A stretch of 64,000 nt of DNA from Eledone cirrhosa (Eukaryota), in assembly GCA_964016885.1 (NCBI GenBank), contig OZ024756.1, positions 9,300,001-9,364,000 on the forward strand, in the 5' to 3' direction. Positions 54,950 to 64,000 of this stretch are shown here, in pieces. A model generated the notes under the pieces. The model was not told the origin of the DNA and did no database searches. It saw only the letters and a list, made by a program, of their open reading frames with translations. The position numbers and the translations under genes were made by a program. The first letter of the stretch is position 1; the number at the start of each line of letters is the position of its first letter.

Positions 54950-57045
54950 ATGGCTACGAAAAAGAATTTTCATAGGTCACTCCCACTCATTCCGTCTTCT
55001 TCTTCCTCAATCGTCACTACAGCAGAGAGAAGATTGTCTCTCTCCCTCCCTTCTTTAAATGTGTCTCTCTCCCTCCCTTCTCTTTCGCAAGCGAAGACAG
55101 AAAAGAAAAGTCTCGTGCAAAGCGTGCAAGATTTCTCCACGACGACGACGACAACGACGAAACAGGTGTGCGGGAAATACCAAAACCCATTTCATTCGTC
55201 TGACGTCAGGAATAATAGCAGTAGCAGCCGTAATAACAACAGCAACAGTGACAATGAAAACAACAGTAGCAGCCGCAACAGCATCACCAGCAGCATAAAC
55301 AACAACAGCAGCAGCAACACCAACAACAACCACAGCAACAGCGGCGGAGGCAGTAGTCGTAGTACCTGCAGCAACAACAAAAGTAACAGCAGCTCTGACG
55401 ACAACAACAACAACAGCATCAAAGAAAAACCAATCTCATTTGCAGGTATTGCGAAAAACTTGGAAACAATCCTCATAACAAATGAGGAATTAGAGGAAGC
55501 GAAGAAGATGGTGACAAAGACTAGACACCGAGCAATCTGCAAGGCAGCGGAAACATTTTTCGAAACCCAACAGCACTGTACGGTCACGTACCGTACAGTA
55601 AGTACAAAATCCCGTAGGGTGGAAAGAGCCACAGAGGCTCAAATACAAAAAGCCTTGGGGTCTGTGTGGCAGCGGAAAACGCACATCACCCGAGGCAAAA
55701 AATATGCCACCGTAGACGTACTTTTTGCCACACCCCAGGAGGCAAAGGCCCAATCCGTAGTGACCCTAAGGAGCGAGGAAATGGTGTTGGTGCCCTCCTA
55801 CTGCGGGCAAAAAATTGTGAGGGTCAAACTGACCCACGTCCCCCCCGGAATGGCCCCTTCTTGGCTGGCCGCGTCTGTCCTCGTCGGAATCGAGGACAAA
55901 ACAACTGTACTGCAAGTACAGAAAAAAGTAAGAGAAGATTGGGTCGGCACCTCCATTGAGATGCTAATCCAAACCAACCAGGAGTGCATCGAAGCTATCC
56001 CGGATGTGATAGACTTCGATAACGGCACTCAACTGCCCATAAGTGTTGAGGGAAAACGCCCGAAATGCTTTCGCTGTGGATCGAAGACTCACCTCAGGGA
56101 CTTCTGCAACGAGAAGACCCTGAGAAAGGAGAAAAACCCCTCCTTCCGAAACCGGCTCCACGGCTACCAACAACAGGACAAGCGGCAACCAGGAACGATA
56201 GGTCCGTGGCACCCATACCCACGCCACGGAAATCAAAAACAGCAGCAGCAGTGGAAATATTAACAACAACAACAGCAATACCAAATGCAGCTGCAACAGA
56301 GACTCCAGTGCAAACATCACCAACAACAACAAGTGAAAGAGTGGAGCTGGTACCCCTCCCCGACCTCACAGAATCAGACATGGAGTGTGAGGTGGGAGAG
56401 GGATGGCAAAAGGTCGTAAGAAGGCACAAACGCAGAAGCAGCGCATCGTCGCCTTTGAAAAGGGAGGAAAGAAATGAGAAAAGGGTAAAGTCTTCTGCAA
56501 AGAGACCCACAGCAGCAACACCACCAACACCATCACCACCCACACTAGCACCACCATCACCACCGGCGACAACCCCACCGCCAAAAACATCTCCAACACC
56601 ACCACCACAAGCACCAACATCGCAAACACAACAACAAAACACACACACCCAGCAACAACGACAAGAAAATAGCAGAACCACACCCCACCCCCAGAAAAAC
56701 AAATGCACGGCAATAAATACACACAACAAGAAACTAATGACTTACATAATTGAACACACAGACATTTCACAACACGACTACATAATACCAGCACCAATCA
56801 AAACGCCAACTAACATAAGACTGCTAAAAATAGCACAGAAACAATACACAAACATTAAAACGAAATTCCCCAACGCAGTTGGTGATTTCAGGGACCTAGG
56901 AGGAACTATCAATCGAAGAGTATATTCAGACATTCTCATAGAAGAGCCGACGACCAGCCGAAGGGACGATTCAACGGTCCCTTCACCAGACGATCAAGTG
57001 AAAAGGGATGTAAAAAGCATCCCTCCTCTACCAAAAGTACGGTAA
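54950..57045 (+). CDS. LINE ORF1 (gag-like, CCHC knuckle), split by a -1 frameshift near 56105-56140
   Basis: ISVEGKRPKCFRCGSKTHLRDFC in ORF 54914-56263; the Pro/Thr-rich tail with WQKVVRR continues in ORF 56065-57045. Confidence 0.75.
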
Positions 57046-57080
57046 GTGGTCTTTCCCATCTTTTCCACTCTATTTTAAAC

Positions 57081-60000
57081 ATGACCTCACTCAGAATAGG
57101 CAGCATAAATGCGCGTGGCTTGGGGTCGTCATGGAAGCAGGGTCACCTGCTCAACGACCTCAGGTCACTAAACATAGATGTAGTGGCCATCAGCGAGACC
57201 AGAATCTCCGAAGCACGGGCCTTCGCACCGATCTTCGGCGGCTACGATGTGTACGCATCTCCCAGCCGTCCTGGATCGGGGGGAGGAGTTGCTGTGCTTT
57301 TTCGGAGAGGTTTGGATCTCGCCATACGGGCCATCTTCCTGGACCCAGAGGGTAAGCTGGTGGTGCTGGACGTGACCAGCGAAGACGGGCAAGCTTTCAG
57401 GCTAGTGGCCGTCTATGCCCCGACAGGAGCATGGCGGCTTGATTTCTTCCGGCGTCTGGAGACCTTTCTTGGAACGTCCCGCTCTTTAGTGTTAGTGGGC
57501 GACTGGAACGGGATCTTAGATGTACGCTGGGATTGTGTGGGATTAGTGGATAGGGAAGGAGGGTGCAAGAGTCTCACCAACCTGCTCAGACGTTTTGAAC
57601 TGTCTGACAGGTACCGAATGGATTTCCCGAATGTACCAATGTGGACTTGGACAAATCGCATAGGGTCATCCAGATCATATCTAGATAGAGTATTTTGTAG
57701 GGAAATAGATAGGTCTAGCATAGGCTGTCCACAATTCAAGATAGTCAGCTACACGGACCACAAATTCGTGATCTGTGTGCTTGACTTAGATAGGCTTCAT
57801 AGACGAGGACCCGGCTACTGGAAGCTAAACGCGTCCTTACCAGCGCGCAAGGCCTACAGAGACCGGATTAGCGAATTAGTTAAGCGGGCGTTGACGGGGG
57901 CCATCGTCAACAACAAGTGGTGGTTTTCTCTGAAAGGAGCAATTAGAATAGAGTCCATTAGGTTTAGTAAGACTTTAGCAATAGAGAAAAATAGAGCAGA
58001 GGGAGAATTAGTTAGAAAATTAGATGAAGCGCTTAGCAAAGGCATCGCGACCGACGTACTTGCGGCGAAATTGGCCCTTGACCAATTCTTCAATGCAAAG
58101 CACGAAGGCTGCGTTGTCAGAGCTAGGGTGCGTGCTCTCAGACACGAGGGGACGAAAGCCGTTCAATGGGCCCGAGTGGCGGAGGCGCGTCGTGGCAACA
58201 AAGCCACGATCCGGTCTTTGGTGGACCACGACGGGCGCATGCTACTCGATCCCGGGCAAATGTGTGAAGCTTTTCAGCGACACTTCGCTCAACTGTTCGG
58301 GGGCAGTGGCGGGCCGGATCGAGGGATGGACTTTAGTGTCTACCTCGACGGACTGCCGCGGCTTTCGGCCACTGAGGCGGAGTGTTGCGAAAAGCCGATA
58401 ACAACCGCTGAAGTACGGGATGCAATGACTAGTTGCACAAGGGGTAAATCGCCTGGTTTGGATGGTCTGCCCTATGAACTTTACGTACAAATGCCAAACT
58501 TGTTCGGAGGCCTCTTGGCGGACGTCTACTGCAACTGGCAACAGAACGGGAGAATTCCCAGCTCTGTGAGCCGAGGAGCGGTGGCGCTGCTGAGAAAGGA
58601 TCCGAACAAGGGGGATAACATAGATAATTTTAGGCCCATAACTCTGCTAAACACAGAGTTCAAGATTTTGGCCAAGGTGCTAGCAAAGAGGTTGGCGCTT
58701 GTCGTTGGTGGTCTGGTGGGAGAGGCACAGACATGCGCCATTCCCGACAGATCCATCCACGACAACCTCCACCTCATGCGATACATCGTAGAGAGGGTAG
58801 CTAGGGAACCTGGCACGGGTGGGTCTTTGATCAATTTAGATCAGTCGAAAGCCTTCGATAGGGTCGACCATCGTTACCTAGCGGCAGTCCTGAGGGCGGC
58901 TGGCTTTGGGCCCGTCTTCAGAGGCTGGATCGCTGCCATGCACAGCGACATCTGCTCTGTAGTGAGAGTGAACGGTCACCTTTTGGAACCGTTCAACATC
59001 ATGCGCTCGGTCCGCCAAGGATGTCCCCTCTCGTCCCTATTGTACGTATTGACTCTCGAGCCATTACTGCACAAACTGGAGACGTTGAGGGGCGTCCCGC
59101 GCGAATTAGGATGCGGAAGATCCGTGTCAGCATATGCGGACGATGTCACCGTAGTGGTGTCGAACGCCAAACATATCGAGGCGATCGGCACTACACTAAG
59201 AGAATACGAAGCGGTGACAGGAGCAATGATCAACCAGGAAAAGTCAGTGGGCCTGCAGCTCGGCACCTGGAGAGGCAGGTCCATGCCGTCCAACAGCGTC
59301 GTCGGGCGCTGGACGGACGGACCGGTTAAATTGCTAGGGGTCTGGTTCGGTCCAGACCTCCAGACGGACAAAAACTGGGACGAGGTGACGAGCAGGGTGG
59401 CTTCTCTCACCCAGAAATGGGCCGAGAGGAAGCTATCCCTGAAAGGTCGAGCGGAGGTGGCTAACGCGTACATCGCGTCCGTCATCTACTACCGCCTGAC
59501 CGTCGTACCTTGTCCTAAGCCCCGCCTGACTGCGCTGGAGCGTTTGCTCTTTCGCTTCTTGTGGAAGAGACGCGCTCCGATGGTCAGGCGGTCCATCTGC
59601 TGTCAACACCCGCTACGTGGAGGGCTGGGCATGCCGTGGCTGATGATGCGCAGACACGCGCTCAGGCTACGATATCTCCACCTCTTCCTCGACGGTGATC
59701 AGGTGTGGTCGCCGTTTGCTAGACGCGTTTTCCCCCAGCTCGTCTCCTTGACGGAGCTGCAGTCCTGGGTCAAGCGAAGACCGAGAGGGAGCGCTTGGAG
59801 ACTGGAATGTCTTCAGGCGCTCACAGCCCTCGACCAATCGGGCAATGTGATCGGTGGAAACTCCACCTTGGCGTTCTATAGAGGATTAGTGGAGGGGAAG
59901 AGCGACGACGTACTTGGAGAAACTCTAGGCGTCGACGAAAATCAACTAGCCAATCTCTTCGGAAGGACTTTCGGGCCGGGGCCTATGGACAACTTCCAGA

Positions 60001-60500
60001 AATCCCTGGCCTGGCAGTGCTACCGGGGTGCTTTGCCAGTTCGGGATAAACTTTACAGGCATGGAGGTGCCGTCAGCCGGGCATGTCCGAGATGCGCACA
60101 GGGCGACGAAACCGTCCTGCACGCACTCGTCCAGTGTCCGAGCATTGCTGACTTGTGGGTTTATGTCGAACACCTGCTGTCACGTGTAGGACGGATCCAG
60201 CTATCAGCTGAGTCCATCGTGAGGATTGCCCCGCCCTCTTCCTTTAGCCGGGAAGGGCAGGCAGTTTTTATCTGTCTGGTGGCCATGGCGAAAGAGATAG
60301 TATGGTGGACACGTTTGAAAGGGCTGAAGACGAGCACTTACCTCTTCGGTGATGCCCTGATTAACTTTTTCAAATTTCATCTGAAAAGGAAAATCAGGGT
60401 AGAGAGGGAAGTGCTCTCTTCCCAGCATTTTGTTGAAAGATGGGTGAGAGAAGCAAGTATGGCCCGAATGAATGGGCCTTCTCTGAGTATGTATCTGTAA
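57081..60500 (+). CDS. LINE ORF2: APE endonuclease + reverse transcriptase + C-terminal zinc finger, uninterrupted 1139 aa
   Basis: SINARGL, ISET, GDWN, LDRV, TDH; KSPGLDG, FRPITLLN, DQSKAFDRV, VRQGCPLS, AYADD; CPRC…ETVLHALVQC. Confidence 0.95.
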   Translation: MTSLRIGSINARGLGSSWKQGHLLNDLRSLNIDVVAISETRISEARAFAPIFGGYDVYASPSRPGSGGGVAVLFRRGLDLAIRAIFLDPEGKLVVLDVTSEDGQAFRLVAVYAPTGAWRLDFFRRLETFLGTSRSLVLVGDWNGILDVRWDCVGLVDREGGCKSLTNLLRRFELSDRYRMDFPNVPMWTWTNRIGSSRSYLDRVFCREIDRSSIGCPQFKIVSYTDHKFVICVLDLDRLHRRGPGYWKLNASLPARKAYRDRISELVKRALTGAIVNNKWWFSLKGAIRIESIRFSKTLAIEKNRAEGELVRKLDEALSKGIATDVLAAKLALDQFFNAKHEGCVVRARVRALRHEGTKAVQWARVAEARRGNKATIRSLVDHDGRMLLDPGQMCEAFQRHFAQLFGGSGGPDRGMDFSVYLDGLPRLSATEAECCEKPITTAEVRDAMTSCTRGKSPGLDGLPYELYVQMPNLFGGLLADVYCNWQQNGRIPSSVSRGAVALLRKDPNKGDNIDNFRPITLLNTEFKILAKVLAKRLALVVGGLVGEAQTCAIPDRSIHDNLHLMRYIVERVAREPGTGGSLINLDQSKAFDRVDHRYLAAVLRAAGFGPVFRGWIAAMHSDICSVVRVNGHLLEPFNIMRSVRQGCPLSSLLYVLTLEPLLHKLETLRGVPRELGCGRSVSAYADDVTVVVSNAKHIEAIGTTLREYEAVTGAMINQEKSVGLQLGTWRGRSMPSNSVVGRWTDGPVKLLGVWFGPDLQTDKNWDEVTSRVASLTQKWAERKLSLKGRAEVANAYIASVIYYRLTVVPCPKPRLTALERLLFRFLWKRRAPMVRRSICCQHPLRGGLGMPWLMMRRHALRLRYLHLFLDGDQVWSPFARRVFPQLVSLTELQSWVKRRPRGSAWRLECLQALTALDQSGNVIGGNSTLAFYRGLVEGKSDDVLGETLGVDENQLANLFGRTFGPGPMDNFQKSLAWQCYRGALPVRDKLYRHGGAVSRACPRCAQGDETVLHALVQCPSIADLWVYVEHLLSRVGRIQLSAESIVRIAPPSSFSREGQAVFICLVAMAKEIVWWTRLKGLKTSTYLFGDALINFFKFHLKRKIRVEREVLSSQHFVERWVREASMARMNGPSLSMYL

Positions 60501-60729
60501 ATTAAAGGGGGAAAACTGGGAGAGGGCACTTGCCCTGGTGGTCTTTTAATGGGCTTTCTCCACAAATGTCCCTCGGAAGTCTCCCCCCTATTGGGGAATT
60601 TTTCTTTGTTATTTTATTTCATCCTCTGTTTTTTTTTACACGCAGAAATGCCCATTTGTACCGTCCTGTATTGTCCTGTACTGTCCTTAATGTCTACTTT
60701 ATGAAAACCCTTGTGGTTAATAAAGAAAA

Positions 60730-60730
<1 letters not shown>

Positions 60731-60763
<33 letters not shown>

Positions 60764-60915
60764 AATAATAATAATAAGCATAGAGTTACGTCCCTTTATG
60801 ATCTGAGTTCAAATCCCGCCGAGGTTAACTTTGCCTTTCATCTTTACGGGGTCGATAAAATAAAGTACCAGTAATGTACTGGGTGATTGCTGGCCTTGTG
60901 CCTAAAATAGAAACA

Positions 60916-60968
<53 letters not shown>

Positions 60969-61430
60969 CAATGAAATCATTATTAAAAATAAATGAAATC
61001 GTTCTTCTTCTTCTTCTTCTTCTTCTTCTTCTTCTTCTTCTTCTTCTTCTTCTTCTTCTTCTTCTTCTTCTTCTTCTTCTTCTTCTTCTCCTCCTCCTCC
61101 TCCCCCCTCCTCTAATATACCTAATCCGCCATTAATTGCCCTCAGTTACAATTATTTCCTCTAATCCAATATTCTAATATTCTAATAATCTCAATAATCC
61201 AATATTCTCCCCTATTTTATATTTTGTCTCAACTTTTCAAATGAAATCAAATCTTACAAAATGGAGGAAGTCAAACAATTATTCCAACTAAAATAGAATC
61301 GAAGATAATCTCATTTTTCAGAATTTTCATTCACTCTGTCTGTCTCTCTGTCTCTCTGTCTGTCTCTCTGTCTTTTTCTCTGTCTGTTTCTCTTTCTCTC
61401 TCTGTCTGTCTGTCTTTTTCTCCGTCTCCC

Positions 61431-61491
<61 letters not shown>

Positions 61492-61515
61492 GCCTGTCTG
61501 TCTGTCTGTCTGTCT
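60731..61515. repeat. (ATT)n, (TTC)n and (TCTG)n microsatellites with a truncated SINE A at 60778-60920
   Basis: Direct reading. Confidence 0.9.
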
Positions 61516-64000
61516 GAGGATAGTAGACGTGTTTCATATCGGCTCTGCGATTTGGGATTTTTACCTGCTATATTTGTGAGTGAATTATTTGAATTCTTTT
61601 GTATTATTAACTCTAACCCCTAGTCTGGGACTCTAGACGTAGGGTAATTATATTTTCACCCCTTTTGGGGTGAAAAATAATTAATTCAGAAATGTTTAGC
61701 GATATCGTTGATAACGATATCATCGAAAACGATATCGCCATATTGGAAGCGAACGCCACGCCTACCAAAAAAAACAAGCGGGAAAGAGGAAACAACAGTT
61801 CAAACTGTTGAACAGCCCCTCCTCTCCAATGAAAAAAAAAGAATATTAATTCAAATGAAAAACTTAATTTTGATGAAAAAAATAACACCACAAATAAGGA
61901 AACCAACAACATTACAACAACAAACAAAGACAAAATTTCTTTTGCCCAAACACTCAGGAAAGCCACGGAATACAAACCCATAGACATCACGAACGCCAAG
62001 GAAAATTTGCTAGAGGCTAGAAAATACGTATCTTTTGGGGAGGATGGTTCTTTTACGATCAACTCCCCAGAAGAAGTGCGTCAACAGGTTTATAAGAATA
62101 CCGTAACCTACAGAACCATAACCAACGAAACAAGAAAGCCAGCGCAATTGACCGAAAGTCAAATTGAGCTGGTTCTGAAAGAAATTAAAAACGACATACT
62201 CTTTATTCAAAGAGGAAAGCTGTATGCCAGCATTATGGTCCGAATGAAGGACGAAATGCTGGCGCAAAAATATTCGGTGGCACCTATAGTGTCACCACAA
62301 TACACCTTCTTCCCCACATATAAAGGAAGAAGAACACAAAGAATAAGAACGTGGAGCCCAACGCCGGAAATTAACATCTGGTCCGTCCTAACAGGATTTA
62401 CCGACCTAGATAAGGATATACTTATTTCAGCAGGGGAGTCCACCAGTGGACTGTTCGGGGGGGGGGGGGGAAGTCTGGAGGTTCTCTTACAGATGACACC
62501 TGAGAGAATCTCCGGAATACCCGACCGAGTGCTACTGGATGGGCGAACCTTCATAAATATCACAGTGGAAGGCAGGAGACCCTCATGTTACCACTGCGCT
62601 GGCAGAGGTCACCTGAGGACGGCCTGCCCTCTACTAACAACAAAAAAAAAACACTGCTACAAACACCACAACAACAACAAAAACAACCAGCACCACCATC
62701 ACAAAAACAACAAAATACACTCCCATCACCACCAGAACGACAACAAAAACCAACAACACCACCACCACCACCACCACCACCACAACAACAACATCAACAA
62801 CAGCTCAAGAAAACAACCCAAAACACGGTCCCACCCAGCCCCACCCCACAGAACACAAATACAAAAACATACGCAGTTCATACACAACCCGGAGATATAC
62901 CCCTCCCCTCCAATACGGAAGAGGAGCTCATATCGTCGGAAGACGAGGGGGCTCCCTTCCAAAAAGTGAAAAGAAAAAAACGTACACACACCACACAAAC
63001 AAAAATAACCCCACCTGACAACACAACACAGACAATAAAACGCAAACTCATTCAACAACAACAAGCAAAAACAAACACAACAACACAAAAACTCTACACA
63101 TACATAAACAAAAACAATAAAAACCTAACTGAAAAAATAGAAAACAACCCTTCGATACAAACCGAAGGGCCGAATTTCGTAACGGCAATGGGACTCCCTA
63201 ACCTGAAAATGGTGAAAATCCCACTTGACATTTTCAAAACTTTGAAAGACATTTACCCTGAGGACGTGGGCCCACCCTGCACCAGGCCACTCAACCGCGT
63301 CCTCCTGAAAGGTTTTCCCCTCCCCTCCGCAAACACCCACACAGCTCCAAAGATCCCAACCCTCCACACACTAATACCCCCACACCACCACAAACCACCA
63401 CCCCACCCATAAATCCCTCCACCAGCCCCATGGAAACTGAGCGGCCCGAACCCCGGGACGCAGAGAGGTAAGTGCCTCTTTCTTTGCCACCAACATGGCT
63501 GTCTTAAGAGTAGGTTGTCTAAATGCGCGTGGCCTGGGCTCACCTTGGAAGCAAGCTAAACTTCTAAGTGACCTCAGGTCACAATGTATAAATGTGATGG
63601 TTATTTGCGAGGCCCGGATCAGCAGCATGCGACAGCTAGCCCCCACCTTTGATGACTTTGAGATGCACGCATCTCTCTGTCAGCCCGGAGGTGGGGGTGG
63701 GGTTGTCGTTCTGCTGCAAAAACATCTGGGTCTCGCTACACAGACGGTACACTTGGACCCGGAGGGTCGACTCGTGGTTCTGGACCTTGGCAATGGTGAA
63801 GGCGAAGCTTTTAGGCTTGTCGCCGTATACGCCCCTTTTGGGGCAATGCGGTCGAACTTCTTCCATCGTCTGGAGACTTTTCTAGGGATGTCCCGCTCCT
63901 TGCTTTTAGTGGGGGACTGGAATGGTATCCTAGATGCACGTTGGGACTATGTAGGGGCATGTCCCGATAGAGGGGGGTGTAACAGCCTTAAGGGGTTAAT
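61516..64000 (+). mobile_element. Second, divergent L1/Tx1-type LINE (5' UTR, frameshifted ORF1, start of ORF2), running off the window
   Basis: ORF1 pieces at 61692-63470 with ITVEGRRPSCYHCAGRGHLRTAC; homologous to the 54734 element (TVTYRT, RGK.YA). Confidence 0.88.
63495..64000 (+). CDS. ORF2 N-terminus (APE endonuclease) of the second LINE, open to the window end
   Basis: MAVLRVGCLNARGLGSPWKQ…LDPEGRLVVLD…AFRLVAVYAP…RLETFLG…LVGDWNGILD, colinear with the ORF at 57081. Confidence 0.9.
   Translation, partial: MAVLRVGCLNARGLGSPWKQAKLLSDLRSQCINVMVICEARISSMRQLAPTFDDFEMHASLCQPGGGGGVVVLLQKHLGLATQTVHLDPEGRLVVLDLGNGEGEAFRLVAVYAPFGAMRSNFFHRLETFLGMSRSLLLVGDWNGILDARWDYVGACPDRGGCNSLKGL

Larger units (their letters stand above)
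54734..60730 (+). mobile_element. Apparently full-length L1/Tx1-type LINE inserted in (ATT)n
   Basis: 5' UTR, ORF1, ORF2 and 3' UTR with AATAAA at 60719-60724. (ATT)n at 54702-54733 and 60731-60760. Confidence 0.9.

Noticed and set aside
55055-60428. Antisense and alternate-frame ORFs inside the LINE
   Set aside because: Shadows of the GC-rich ORF1/ORF2 with no independent motifs.

Overview
Repeat-dense animal genomic DNA. The SINE families and (TA)n/(TATG)n expanses look like octopus (cephalopod), which is an inference from repeat style. One host gene is supported: the 3' part of a GDP-fucose transporter (SLC35C1 orthologue; four coding exons at 256-13347, + strand, first exon(s) upstream of the window). 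The rest is microsatellite, minisatellite and transposon: RTE-type LINE fragments, a decayed Penelope-like element (RT + GIY-YIG, ~43.4-47.5 kb), an R4/Dong-like RLE fragment, two related L1/Tx1-type LINEs (one with an intact 1139-aa ORF2), tRNA-derived SINEs, and piggyBac-, mariner-, Tigger- and hAT-like MITEs. The main signal not covered by the ORF track is a dense set of minimal type-I hammerhead-ribozyme motifs (CTGANGA-stem II-GAAA-palindromic mini stem III-NTH). Several sit in seven near-perfect fold-back palindromes (arms ~55-170 bp, spacers 1-16 nt), all with the same outward-pointing geometry and embedded in (TA)n. They are best read as Penelope pseudo-LTR derivatives. All structures were folded by eye and no activity is shown. 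Most long ORFs in the track are microsatellite artefacts.
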